Part shown: positions 10,175-19,847 of the stretch, in pieces
Numbering within the stretch: position 1 is the first letter of the stretch
Layout of the letters: every line of letters starts with the position of its first letter
DNA from: a bacterium
Lineage (GTDB): Bacteria > JAMOTN01
Assembly (NCBI GenBank): GCA_027062325.1
Contig: JAMOTN010000044.1
Coordinates: 1-34,433 of the forward strand
Direction of reading: 5' to 3'
DNA length: 34,433 nt
The notes under the pieces: generated by a model
Told to the model about the DNA's origin: nothing
Seen by the model: only the letters and a program-made list of their open reading frames with translations
The model's database searches: none
Translations under genes and position numbers: made by a program

Positions 10175-10265
10175 GGAGAGGTGGCCGAGCGGTCGAAGGC
10201 GCTTGACTCGAAATCAAGTGCACGCTCTATGCGTGCCGCGGGTTCAAATCCCGCCCTCTCCGCCA
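10175..10265 (+). tRNA. tRNA-Ser(CGA)
   Basis: GGAGAGG acceptor stem, CTTGA-CTCGAAA-TCAAG anticodon arm, long variable arm and encoded CCA. Confidence 0.97.
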
Positions 10266-10283
10266 CTGAGAGAAAAAAAGGGT

Positions 10284-10361
10284 CGGGGCGTAGCTCAGTA
10301 TGGTTAGAGCGCGTGCATGGGGAGCACGAGGTCGCTGGTTCAAGTCCAGTCGCCCCGACCA
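10284..10361 (+). tRNA. tRNA-Pro(GGG)
   Basis: CGGGGCG/CGCCCCG acceptor stem, CGTGC-ATGGGGA-GCACG anticodon arm and encoded CCA. Confidence 0.97.
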
Positions 10362-10537
10362 TTTTATATTTGTTAGCTTTTTGGCCTTTTCAGGTTTTGC
10401 AACTATTAGTTTTCTTTTGATAATTTTGGATTGTGTTGTTAAATTGATGTTAGGGTTATATTTATTCATACCCTGCTGGTATCTCAAGGCTTTAGCTTTA
10501 AAATGGGTGGTTTGAAGTTTTTAAGGAGGGAGCAGCA

Positions 10538-12397
10538 ATGCTATTTGAGTTGGATCTGCCACGTGATCTCAGAAAGTTGACTTACAAAGAGCTTGAAAAG
10601 CTTGCTACTGAGATAAGAAAATATATAATAACCGTTTGTTTCCAAAATGGGGGCCATCTTGCTCCTTCACTTGGAGTTATTGAGTTGACTATGGCGCTGC
10701 TTAGGAATTTTGATTTTTTAAGAGACAGGATAGTATGGGATGTTGGACATCAATCTTATCCTTATAAAATTCTCACTGATAGGCGTGATAAATTTGTTAC
10801 ACTTAGACAATACAATGGAATTTCCGGGTTTATAGCCCCCTGGGAGAGCCCATACGATCACTTTGCGGTTGGTCATAGTAGCACATCTATCTCTGCGGGG
10901 CTTGGAATAAATGTTGCCCGTCACAATACCGATACGTGGACGGTTGTTGTTATAGGTGATGGTTCGTTGACGGCGGGAATTGCTTATGAAGGACTTTGCA
11001 ATGCTCCTCAGTATGGAAAAAATTTTCTAATAATACTCAATGATAATGGAATGTCAATAGACAGAAATGTGGGGGCTTTGTCTTCTTACTTGCAAAAGAT
11101 TAAGGTAAGTCTTAAACTCAAAAATTTAAAAGGGGCTGCACGAGTATTTGATAAGCTTTTTAAGTTCGAGGAGACGCTGGAGGAGTATTTGTTCACTGGT
11201 GGATCGTTTTTTACTTCCCTCGGATTTGAGTACATTGGTCCAGTTGATGGGCATGATATTAAGTTGCTGGATGAGGTTTTAAAAAGTATAAGGACTATAA
11301 AGCGTCCCGTAGTGTTGCATGTTCTTACACAGAAAGGGAAAGGATGGTTTGAAGCAGAGGAGGATCCTGAAAAATTCCATGGAATATCCGGTCCCAAAGT
11401 CAAAAAAAGTGAGAATTTCAGTTCAGTGTTTGGGAGAAAGTTAACTGAGTTAGCAAAGGAGAACAATAACATTTATGCGATAACTGCTGCAATGCCTTTA
11501 GGAACGGGGTTGAAAGAGTTTCAGGCAAAGTTTGCAGATAGATTCTTTGATGTTGGTATTTGTGAGCAGCACGCTGTTACGTTTGCAGCAGGTTTAGCTA
11601 AAGAGGGTAAGAGGCCAGTTGTTGCAATATACTCTACTTTTCTACAAAGGGGTTATGATCAAATTATTCACGATGTAGCTTTACAAAATCTGCCTGTAGT
11701 GTTTGCTATAGACAGAGCCGGATTGGTTGGAGAAGATGGACCTACTCATCACGGAGTGTTTGATATAGGTTATCTTCGGATAGTGCCGAATATGGTGTTG
11801 ACTAGTGCTCCTACTCGAGAACACCTAGAGGCTCTCCTTGAATGGGCAGTTAATTATAAAGAAGGGCCAGTTGCAATTCGATATCCTAGAGCAAAGGCGT
11901 CATCTTTGGAAGAGTTGGGGATTGAGGAAAGCGTTTCTGTTGAGAAAGGTGTATGGGAATATTACTCTTCATCTAATGATGAAAATTTAGAAAATTACGT
12001 TCCCAAATTGGATAGGTTGGAAAAGGTTCGCACTAGTAAAGCAGATGTTGTTGTGATTTTGGAGGGCTTCTTCTTCTCAAGACTTTTTAAAAGATTTATT
12101 GAAAATGGTTGGGATGTTGTAAATCCTGTGTTTTTAAAACCTATGGATGAGGAGTTGCTAGAAACTATTGTAAGAAGTGGGAAAAAGTTGGTAGTTGTTG
12201 AGTGGCATTCCCAGACGGGAGGTTTATTCTCAGCAGTTGCAGAATGGGCTGCTAAAAGAGGCGTTGGATTAAAGGCTTTGTCTATAGGAATACCGGAGGA
12301 GTTTGTTCCTCATGGAAAAATTGAGGATCTGTTAAAGCATTGTAATCTTGATACAGACAGCATAGAAGAAAGGATTAGAAAGTGGTGTGTGGAGTAA
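10538..12397 (+). CDS. dxs: 1-deoxy-D-xylulose-5-phosphate synthase
   Basis: GGHLAPSLG, WDVGHQ, GHSSTS, the GDG...NDN TPP motif, YSTFLQRGYDQ and DRAGLVGEDGPTHHG. Confidence 0.97.
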   Translation: MLFELDLPRDLRKLTYKELEKLATEIRKYIITVCFQNGGHLAPSLGVIELTMALLRNFDFLRDRIVWDVGHQSYPYKILTDRRDKFVTLRQYNGISGFIAPWESPYDHFAVGHSSTSISAGLGINVARHNTDTWTVVVIGDGSLTAGIAYEGLCNAPQYGKNFLIILNDNGMSIDRNVGALSSYLQKIKVSLKLKNLKGAARVFDKLFKFEETLEEYLFTGGSFFTSLGFEYIGPVDGHDIKLLDEVLKSIRTIKRPVVLHVLTQKGKGWFEAEEDPEKFHGISGPKVKKSENFSSVFGRKLTELAKENNNIYAITAAMPLGTGLKEFQAKFADRFFDVGICEQHAVTFAAGLAKEGKRPVVAIYSTFLQRGYDQIIHDVALQNLPVVFAIDRAGLVGEDGPTHHGVFDIGYLRIVPNMVLTSAPTREHLEALLEWAVNYKEGPVAIRYPRAKASSLEELGIEESVSVEKGVWEYYSSSNDENLENYVPKLDRLEKVRTSKADVVVILEGFFFSRLFKRFIENGWDVVNPVFLKPMDEELLETIVRSGKKLVVVEWHSQTGGLFSAVAEWAAKRGVGLKALSIGIPEEFVPHGKIEDLLKHCNLDTDSIEERIRKWCVE

Positions 12398-12400
12398 AAA

Positions 12401-13186
12401 ATGAGTGAGTCAAAAAAGGTTAAAAAGGTGCGTCTGGATCTTCTTCTCGTTGAGAGGAGATTAGTGGCTAGCAGGACTTTAGCTCAGCGCTTGATTATGG
12501 CTGGAAAAGTCATAGTTGATGGTCAGGTTATTGATAAAGTAGGAATTAAGGTTAGAAATGATTGTGAGCTTGAGTTGAAGGAGATTCCTAAATATGTGAG
12601 TCGTGCTGGCTATAAATTGGAAACTGCCTTGGATGAAGTTGGATTGAATGTTTCGGGTTTGGTGTGTTTGGATGTGGGAAGCTCTACAGGTGGATTTACT
12701 GATTGTTTGCTTCAGCGTGGAGCGCGAAAAGTTTTTGCAGTTGATGTTGGTAAGGGTTTGTTGGATTGGAAATTGAGAAATGATGAAAGAGTTGTTTTGC
12801 TCGAAGGAATAAATTTTAGGTATTTTGATGAGAAGTTGTTAGATGAGAATGTGGATCTTGTAGTTGTGGATGTTTCTTTTATATCAATTTTGAAGCTTAT
12901 GAATTCGTTCAAGAAAGTTATTGCAACTAGGATGAATCCAGGTGGTAAAATGGTAGCTCTTATAAAGCCGCAGTTTGAGGCAGGAAAAGAGATAGCAGAT
13001 AGGTACCGGGGTGTTATTCCATCTGAGTTGGCATTTGATATTGCAATGGAAGTTAGAGAAAAATTGATTAAAGAGCTTTATGAAGTTGCATCTGAGGATT
13101 TTGAAGCTACTCCTCTTATTCCATCAAAGGTAAAGGGTGATAAGGGAAACCAAGAATTTTTAGTTGTGTTTTATAATTTAAAGTGA
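12401..13186 (+). CDS. tlyA: TlyA-family rRNA 2'-O-methyltransferase
   Basis: S4 domain RLDLLLV, YVSRAGYKL, DVGSSTGGFTDCLLQRGA, DVSFIS and LIKPQFEAG. The dxs-tlyA adjacency is common. Confidence 0.95.
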   Translation: MSESKKVKKVRLDLLLVERRLVASRTLAQRLIMAGKVIVDGQVIDKVGIKVRNDCELELKEIPKYVSRAGYKLETALDEVGLNVSGLVCLDVGSSTGGFTDCLLQRGARKVFAVDVGKGLLDWKLRNDERVVLLEGINFRYFDEKLLDENVDLVVVDVSFISILKLMNSFKKVIATRMNPGGKMVALIKPQFEAGKEIADRYRGVIPSELAFDIAMEVREKLIKELYEVASEDFEATPLIPSKVKGDKGNQEFLVVFYNLK

Positions 13187-13212
13187 GGATCTCACAAAGG
13201 AGAGTGTAGGTT

Positions 13213-15141
13213 ATGAGTCCTAAAGAGATAATTAAAGAAGCGTTGAAAACTTCAGATGATGATACGAAAGGGTTATTGTTGTATTCGTTAAAGGATATAC
13301 CGCGCGAAGAGTTTGATAAAGAGAGCATCGACTTGGTATTTGAGTTTTTTTATTACGATAATACTGCGGTGAGAGAGATTGCCGCCGAAGTTCTAAAGTA
13401 TGTAGGTAGCGATTATGTGGTTAAAAAGGCGATAGAGCTGATAATGGAAGAAAAGTTGTATGTTAGAAATGCGGCTTATGATCTTCTTCTTGAGTTAAAG
13501 CGAGTGGATATTGAAGGTTTAAGAAAGCTGTTTTCTGATGCAGATCCGACAATCAGAAAGTTTGCAGTTGATTTAATTATAGGAACTGAATGTGGAAGGG
13601 ATGAGTGTGAAGAGATTGTGATGAAGGCTCTTGAGGATTCAAATCAAAATGTGAGGTTGGCAGCTGCAGAAGCTGTGCTTAAGCTGTTTCCAGGAAAAGA
13701 AAAGACCCTTATAGATGCTTTTTCGAATGAAGATGCATGGGGAAAGATAATGTTTGTTACCACGCTTTCGACTTTAAAGAAAGTTGATGTTTTAAGAGAA
13801 TATATGAAGCGATTAATAGAGAAAAGAGAGTATGAGATTTTAGAGATAGCTATAAAAGTGATGGAAAACGAGGCTTTTACTAAAGAAGATTTGGAGCAGT
13901 TGATAAAGGTTGTGGAGAGTGAAGATGTTGAAGCTAAGGTGAGAGTATCTATACTTGATAAGGTGTTGGAAGTGATGAATGATAGAGGAGTTTATCTTCC
14001 CATAAAACAGAGGATCTTAAAGAAATTTTTTGCAGATTTGAAAATTGATAATTTAATTAGGTATTTAGATGGCGTTGGAAGGCTTGGAAAGTTTATTGAG
14101 AAGATTGTGGAACGATCTAAAGAGATAAAGGATGTTAGGGTAGCGGCTTATTTGGCTACTCATTTCAGATGTGAGAATTGGATTACCAGGCGGGACTGGA
14201 AGAGTTGCAAAATTGCGGTTGCTGTTATGGCTTACAAGGGGTGTTGGGATTATGTGCTGGGGGGTATAAGAGATTTAGCAAGTTTGTACGTAAGTGAGGA
14301 TGGATTGGGAGAGGTTTTTGACGTCATCATTGAGCGTATTCCTCCTAAGTTGCTGAATAGGACTTTAATAGAGATTGTGTTTCAGTATGGAAATTTGAAT
14401 CAAAAGGTTGCTTTGATGGGAAAATTTGATGAGGAAGTGTTGCAGAAATTTGATGCTCTTATTGCTAGTAAGTTGGAAGAGGAGGATGACTTCACGTTTA
14501 AAGAGATGATGCTTAGATTACCTACAGATAAGCTTGCTTTACTTGCGACTTTACTTGAAGAATTGTCCTATACTAAGAAAATAATTCTAGTTGAGAGTGC
14601 TGTGGTTCTTCCACGCTATAAAAGAATGGAGATTGTGGAGGACTTTTGGTTAGTCTTGGAATTAAGACCCCCACTTTTAAAGTTGGCTTTCGATTTTCCA
14701 ATTTATAAATTAAAGACACTTGTGCAAGATGTAGTGAATTCATTTGATATAGAACAGGTTTATGATCTAGTAGTTGATGTGGTTTTAGCAAATGCTTATT
14801 ACACTGAAAACTTTGATGAGTGGTATGAGGTGTTGTTCAGACCAATAGAATACTATATATCTAGGAAAGAGGTTACCGATAGAGTTATCAAGGTATTTTT
14901 GGAAAGAGGGGATGAAAAGTATTCAGAGGTTGTTAGAAAATTTATTTTAGAGATACAGTCAGATAATGCTTTGAAGGGAGTGATAATGCTTCTTTTAAAT
15001 CTCCATGTGGGCGAGTATTTTGAAGAGGTTAAGAAGGTGTTTTTATCGTTTAAGGGAGCACGTAGCGTGGATACAGAGCTTGAAGAATTGTTTGAGGTTT
15101 ACTCAGAGTTCTGCAGAAAGGGTGATGAGAGTAATGACTGA
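13213..15141 (+). CDS. HEAT-repeat protein, chemosensory-associated
   Basis: N-terminal HEAT/PBS-lyase-type units (DNTAVREIAAEVL, DADPTIRKFAVDL, DSNQNVRLAAAEAV). The stop overlaps the cheR start. Confidence 0.8.
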   Translation: MSPKEIIKEALKTSDDDTKGLLLYSLKDIPREEFDKESIDLVFEFFYYDNTAVREIAAEVLKYVGSDYVVKKAIELIMEEKLYVRNAAYDLLLELKRVDIEGLRKLFSDADPTIRKFAVDLIIGTECGRDECEEIVMKALEDSNQNVRLAAAEAVLKLFPGKEKTLIDAFSNEDAWGKIMFVTTLSTLKKVDVLREYMKRLIEKREYEILEIAIKVMENEAFTKEDLEQLIKVVESEDVEAKVRVSILDKVLEVMNDRGVYLPIKQRILKKFFADLKIDNLIRYLDGVGRLGKFIEKIVERSKEIKDVRVAAYLATHFRCENWITRRDWKSCKIAVAVMAYKGCWDYVLGGIRDLASLYVSEDGLGEVFDVIIERIPPKLLNRTLIEIVFQYGNLNQKVALMGKFDEEVLQKFDALIASKLEEEDDFTFKEMMLRLPTDKLALLATLLEELSYTKKIILVESAVVLPRYKRMEIVEDFWLVLELRPPLLKLAFDFPIYKLKTLVQDVVNSFDIEQVYDLVVDVVLANAYYTENFDEWYEVLFRPIEYYISRKEVTDRVIKVFLERGDEKYSEVVRKFILEIQSDNALKGVIMLLLNLHVGEYFEEVKKVFLSFKGARSVDTELEELFEVYSEFCRKGDESND

Positions 15142-15925
15142 TAGGGAATTTGAATTACTAAAAAAGAAGGCGATGGAGGTAGCAGGGATTGAGATCCCTG
15201 ATATGAAGAGGAGCATTTTAGAACTGAGGATTAGCAAAAGACTGCGAGAGAAGAATTTGAAAAGTGTTGAGGAGTGGCTGCGCTATATAAACTTTGACAA
15301 ATCAGAATTTGATAAATTTATTGATTTCATTACGGTTGGTGAAACTTACTTTTTCAGAACAGAGTATCAGCTGGATATATTTGCAGAATATATAGTTCCT
15401 GAGTTGAAAAAGCACTCATTTGTGAAGCTTTGGAGTGCAGGATGTTCCACGGGAGCAGAGCCGTATACACTGGCTATAATAATGCTTGAAAATGGTGTCA
15501 GAAATTTTAAGGTTGTAGGGACCGATATAAATGCATTTGCTCTTCAACAGGCAAGGGAAGGTATTTACTCTAAAAGGGCAGTTGATAAAGTGCCTTCAGA
15601 TTTGTTGAAAAAGTATTTTGAAGAGAAGGATAACAGCTGGGTGGTTAAGCCTGAATTGAAAAGGTATGTGGAGTTTAAGCAGTTGAACCTTGTTGATACT
15701 ACTAAAATGATGCTGATGAGGGGATTTCACACCATATTTTGCCGTAACGTTATAATATACTTTCCTCTTGATGTGAAAAAGAAGGTTATTAGGAACTTTT
15801 ACTTTGCACTGGAGCCGGGAGGATTCTTGATTTTAGGACACAGCGAAAGTTTATCCAATATTACGACATCGTTTGAGGTTTTGCACTACAAGGGAGCAGT
15901 GGTGTATCGCAAACCTGAAGAGTAG
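15134..15925 (+). CDS. cheR: Chemotaxis protein-glutamate methyltransferase CheR
   Basis: ETYFFR, WSAGCSTGAEPYTLA, GTDIN, IFCRNVIIYF and LGHSESL motifs. The start is probably MTDREF at 15134. Confidence 0.96.
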   Translation: MTDREFELLKKKAMEVAGIEIPDMKRSILELRISKRLREKNLKSVEEWLRYINFDKSEFDKFIDFITVGETYFFRTEYQLDIFAEYIVPELKKHSFVKLWSAGCSTGAEPYTLAIIMLENGVRNFKVVGTDINAFALQQAREGIYSKRAVDKVPSDLLKKYFEEKDNSWVVKPELKRYVEFKQLNLVDTTKMMLMRGFHTIFCRNVIIYFPLDVKKKVIRNFYFALEPGGFLILGHSESLSNITTSFEVLHYKGAVVYRKPEE

Positions 15926-15949
15926 TTTAATTTGAAGAGGTGGTTAATT

Positions 15950-16315
15950 GTGCCTAAGGTGATGATAGTTGATGATTCAAACGTAGTCAGAATGGCAGTA
16001 AAAAGTATTTTGGAAAAAGCAGGTTACGAAGTTTATGAGGCAGAAAATGGTTACGATTGCCTGGAAAAGCTTGGAAGTTTAGATCCGGATTTATTTTTGA
16101 TAGATCTTAATATGCCTAAAATGGATGGTGTGGAGCTTATAAAGAAATTGAAGGGGAATTCAGAGTTTTCACACAAACCGATAGTTATACTTTCGACAGA
16201 GGAAAATCCAGAAGTAATAGCTGAGGTTGAAAAATTAGGAGTTACCGAATATTTGAAAAAGCCACCGGATCCTATGAAATTGATAAAAATAGTCGGTGAG
16301 TTTATTGCAAAGTGA
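15950..16315 (+). CDS. Single-domain response regulator (CheY-like)
   Basis: IVDDS, IDLNMPKMDG, ILST and KP receiver motifs. GTG start after GAGGTGG. Confidence 0.9.
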   Translation: MPKVMIVDDSNVVRMAVKSILEKAGYEVYEAENGYDCLEKLGSLDPDLFLIDLNMPKMDGVELIKKLKGNSEFSHKPIVILSTEENPEVIAEVEKLGVTEYLKKPPDPMKLIKIVGEFIAK

Positions 16316-16483
16316 ACTGAGAAATCTGAGTTTAATGAAGTATTGAGGTTTATTGTGCTTGAAGTTTTTTGATAAGTGCTAAAGTATTTTTTATATCTTG
16401 AAAGATCTTTAGTGAATTTAAATCCCATGTTTTGTGGGGATAATTTGGGTTGGTGTGGTTATAATTTTTATTGGGGGATGACT

Positions 16484-18448
16484 ATGAGTTTTAAGGGAAA
16501 GATTAAAAGAGGTATGGTTCTTTATACGGTGATGGGTATAATTACAGTTCTTATGATTGTGGGGGCGTTTTTGCTTAAGTTTTTTAGAAATGAGATGAGT
16601 CAGGCAATTGCAGTGAGTGATTATGTAATTGCCACAAATATAGCGGAGGCAGGGGTTGAACATGCTATTCATATGTTGAAATACTACGTGAACGATGTTG
16701 ATGACAAAGTGAAGCTTGGATGGAGTAAGTTATTTTCAAAAGATGATGAATTTGAAGTTGAAATTCCTATGGCGGATCCGGGACTTGGTGGAGATGATAA
16801 GGGGTTAGATAATGCTATTTCATCTTCTTTTGGTTCAAAGGCAAAATTAGTGAAAGTTTTATTTGCGTTTAAAACTACTGAAAAGATAAACTCCTATACC
16901 AAAAAAGGGATATTGACTGTTCGAGCAACGGCTAAGTATGGGAGAGTAAAAAGAACTGTTGAAGAGGAGTTTGAGGTATTGTGTTACTTAGATGTTCCTA
17001 TACAGTGGGATAAGGTCTTATATGTTGCAAATTCGGGGCAGGAGATTTTGGGCTATAAAGAGGAAGGTGGAAAGAAGATACATCAAAATCTTGCAATTTT
17101 TGGAAATGTTTACTTCAAAGATGCGCTTATAGATTTGAATACGGATCCATCAATTGGAGCAATGATAGGGGATATGTTTACAGGAGCTGCTGCTCAAAAG
17201 GTTTGGTATGACATGATTCAATATTTAGCAGAAAATGGAGAGCTCAAAGGAACTGGTGGTTGGGTTGATGATTGGTTTGGAGGAGTAATGGGATACTCTG
17301 GATTGTACGAAAGAGGAGAGGGTGCGAGTTTGTTCAGTGCTGGTGCTAGGGGAGCCAACGATTTAACTGGTGTTGTTGTAATGAAGAATGCTTGGGTAAA
17401 GGATTGGGTGAAGGATGCTGACAAATTCAGTTATCTAAAAGTTAAGAGTGTTCCTTGGGATGTATCTTATGCTAGGACAAAATTAAAGATATACGGACAT
17501 CCGAGACGTGGATATGCTAAGAAGGTGGGAGGAAAAATAGTTGAAGTTACGAATGAGGTTTACTGTTCCTGGGTTGATACAAGTATTGATTATCCTGAAA
17601 ATACTGTTGAAGGTTTGATGAGTCCAGAGGCTTACAGAAGAGCTGCTAGAGTTTATAAAGTGGCTACCCAGGATATAACGTTTTATACTCAGCACTGGAC
17701 AGGATGGGGAAAGACGAGTGTAACGTATCATAATGTTGTTTATTATTGTGGTTGGGGAAAATGGCAGGATGTGGCTAGTTATTCTCTGTTGGGGTGGTTT
17801 AAAAGGTTGTTTAAAAAGCCTACACGTTACGATGATTCGCTCATGAATCCATACAATCCGAGAAAAGTGATTCAGCTGTCGGGGATTCATTATATAGATG
17901 GAAATGTTTTAATAGAGGGATTTTACAGAGGAAGTGGGACAATAGTGGCAGCAGGTGACATATACATAGGTGGAAAGCTTTTAAAACATCCTGTAGACAA
18001 AGATGGACTTGATCCTAAGAATACTAACAAGTTGCAATTGATAGCACTTGGAATAAAACCGGGATCTAAGGGAAAGATAATTCTACAACTTCATCCTGAT
18101 ATAAGCTGGAAGGACTGGAGTGTAGTTGATACCCTGTTAGGGCGTTACATGTATCCAGATAACGTTATTGAGATTGATGCCTATATGTTTGCTCCAAATG
18201 GGTTTGAAGTGGAGCCTTTTTACAAGTGGTGGTTTGGTAAAGTTATGCCTGATAAAGAGAGAAGTGGAGTAGTTATAAAAGGGAACCTTGTGTGTTACAA
18301 CTGGGATAGGCAGAAGGCCTATGACAACATAGTGATAATTGAGGATAGAGATGTAAAAGAGCATTCTAAAAAGGTTATGAGAGATCAAATTTACAACATT
18401 GATTTTGATCCGCTAAGTTCATTGATTTCGTATAGAATTAAGAGATAA
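16484..18448 (+). CDS. Large PilX/PilK-like minor pilin-type protein
   Basis: Basic leader KRG|MVLYTVMGIITVLMIVG (prepilin-like, no Glu+5) and ATNIAEAGVEHAI motif, then a long W/Y/G-rich C-terminal region of unknown fold. Confidence 0.65.
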   Translation: MSFKGKIKRGMVLYTVMGIITVLMIVGAFLLKFFRNEMSQAIAVSDYVIATNIAEAGVEHAIHMLKYYVNDVDDKVKLGWSKLFSKDDEFEVEIPMADPGLGGDDKGLDNAISSSFGSKAKLVKVLFAFKTTEKINSYTKKGILTVRATAKYGRVKRTVEEEFEVLCYLDVPIQWDKVLYVANSGQEILGYKEEGGKKIHQNLAIFGNVYFKDALIDLNTDPSIGAMIGDMFTGAAAQKVWYDMIQYLAENGELKGTGGWVDDWFGGVMGYSGLYERGEGASLFSAGARGANDLTGVVVMKNAWVKDWVKDADKFSYLKVKSVPWDVSYARTKLKIYGHPRRGYAKKVGGKIVEVTNEVYCSWVDTSIDYPENTVEGLMSPEAYRRAARVYKVATQDITFYTQHWTGWGKTSVTYHNVVYYCGWGKWQDVASYSLLGWFKRLFKKPTRYDDSLMNPYNPRKVIQLSGIHYIDGNVLIEGFYRGSGTIVAAGDIYIGGKLLKHPVDKDGLDPKNTNKLQLIALGIKPGSKGKIILQLHPDISWKDWSVVDTLLGRYMYPDNVIEIDAYMFAPNGFEVEPFYKWWFGKVMPDKERSGVVIKGNLVCYNWDRQKAYDNIVIIEDRDVKEHSKKVMRDQIYNIDFDPLSSLISYRIKR

Positions 18449-18463
18449 GAGGGGGGAAGAGGT

Positions 18464-18790
18464 GTGAAAGTAGAGTATTTTGTGAAGGAAGTAGGATTTA
18501 CAAAGGATGTGTTTGAAGTTTTGGAAGAAATAAGTGCCCATAGAGATGGTTATGTTGAGGCAATAGGTTATTTGAAAAATCCAGTGATTGGTTGGTTTGA
18601 GGCTGATAAGAGGGAGTACAAAAAAATTGAATTGAAGGGTGGATATGAACTTTTGAGTTTGAAAGGTTACAAAAGTAATGGCAACTGGCATGTTCATGTT
18701 GTCTTAGGAGATCAGGAAGGAAGAGCATTTGGTGGACATCTATTTGAGGGGAAGCCTTTTAAATTGGAAGGAACGTTTACTTTGAATTAG
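18464..18790 (+). CDS. PPC domain (DUF296) protein
   Basis: YELLSLKG...HVHVVLGDQEGRAFGGHL signature. Confidence 0.85.
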   Translation: MKVEYFVKEVGFTKDVFEVLEEISAHRDGYVEAIGYLKNPVIGWFEADKREYKKIELKGGYELLSLKGYKSNGNWHVHVVLGDQEGRAFGGHLFEGKPFKLEGTFTLN

Positions 18791-18954
18791 TAATTTTGAG
18801 TTTTAACTTGACTGGTGGGTGTGTTGAATCAGTTCAATTTTTCAATAGTTGTTTTTATTTGTGTTTTGAAGTCATGTCTTAATTTGCTAAAATTACGTGG
18901 GGAGATTAAACTCCAATTTGTCAAGTTAGTGAATATATATTGGGAGGGATGGAG

Positions 18955-19794
18955 ATGTTTGAGAGACCGGTGGAGGACACTGCAAAGTTGAAAAAGATAG
19001 CTAATCAGCTCAGAAAAGATGTTGTAAAAATGACTTACCTTGCTGGAAGTGGACATCCGGGAGGATCGTTGAGCGCAGCAGATATGATGGCAGTGCTATT
19101 CTTTTATAAGATGAAACTTGATCCTAAAAATCCTAAGTGGGAAGGAAGAGATTATTTCATATTGAGTAAAGGACACATATGCCCAGTTTACTATTCAGCG
19201 CTTTGCCGTGTTGGATTTTTCCCAGAGGATGAGCTTTGGACTTTGAGAAAATTCGGTTCGCGACTTCAGGGACACCCTGCGAGTAGCAAAATGCAAGAGA
19301 TTGAGGTATCGACTGGATCTTTGGGACAGGGATTGAGTGTGGCGAATGGAATAGCGCTTGGTTTGAAACTTGATGGTAAGCCAAACCGCGTTTACTGTAT
19401 GCTTGGAGATGGAGAGCTTCAAGAGGGGCAGGTATGGGAAGCTATAATGACTGCTGCTCACTACAAACTGGATAATGTTTGTGCAATAGTTGACTACAAT
19501 AACTTGCAGATAGATGGATTTGTAGAGGACGTGATGGGAATAGCACCTCTTGCTGATAAGTGGAGAGCGTTTAACTGGGAAGTAATTGAGATTGATGGAC
19601 ACGATATTGATCAAATAAAGAAGGCGCTTGATGAGGCAGAAAACATCAAGGGTAAGCCTACAGTCATCATTGCCCATACGGTTAAGGGTAAGGGAGTTTC
19701 TTTCATGGAGAATGAGGCTGGATGGCATGGTAAGGCACCAAGTAAGGAAGAGTATGAGAAAGCAATGGCTGAGCTTGAGGCTCAAGATGTATAG
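18955..19794 (+). CDS. Transketolase, N-terminal (TPP-binding) subunit
   Basis: GSGHPGGSLS, LSKGH, LQGHP, STGSLGQG, GDGELQEGQVWEA and TVKGKG motifs. Confidence 0.95.
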   Translation: MFERPVEDTAKLKKIANQLRKDVVKMTYLAGSGHPGGSLSAADMMAVLFFYKMKLDPKNPKWEGRDYFILSKGHICPVYYSALCRVGFFPEDELWTLRKFGSRLQGHPASSKMQEIEVSTGSLGQGLSVANGIALGLKLDGKPNRVYCMLGDGELQEGQVWEAIMTAAHYKLDNVCAIVDYNNLQIDGFVEDVMGIAPLADKWRAFNWEVIEIDGHDIDQIKKALDEAENIKGKPTVIIAHTVKGKGVSFMENEAGWHGKAPSKEEYEKAMAELEAQDV

Positions 19795-19847
19795 GTTTGA
19801 ATTAGAGTTAAAAGTTTTAAATAAGGAAAATTAAGGAGGGATAAGAT

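Noticed and set aside
10156-10515. Short ORFs overlapping tRNA-Ser(CGA) and tRNA-Pro
   Set aside because: They are translations of tRNA sequence (for example MVGATGLEPATS), a known false-ORF pattern.
10362-10537. Possible TPP riboswitch upstream of dxs
   Set aside because: It lacks the CUGAGA and CCUGA core motifs and shows only a weak hairpin.
15005-15133. Extended N-terminus of CheR given in the ORF track
   Set aside because: It overlaps the upstream gene by more than 130 nt. CheR-like sequence begins at MTDREF (15134).
18804-18928. 9-bp inverted repeat TAACTTGAC/GTCAAGTTA as a MITE
   Set aside because: It is too short, shows no target-site duplication or second copy, and the interval contains a plausible transketolase promoter.
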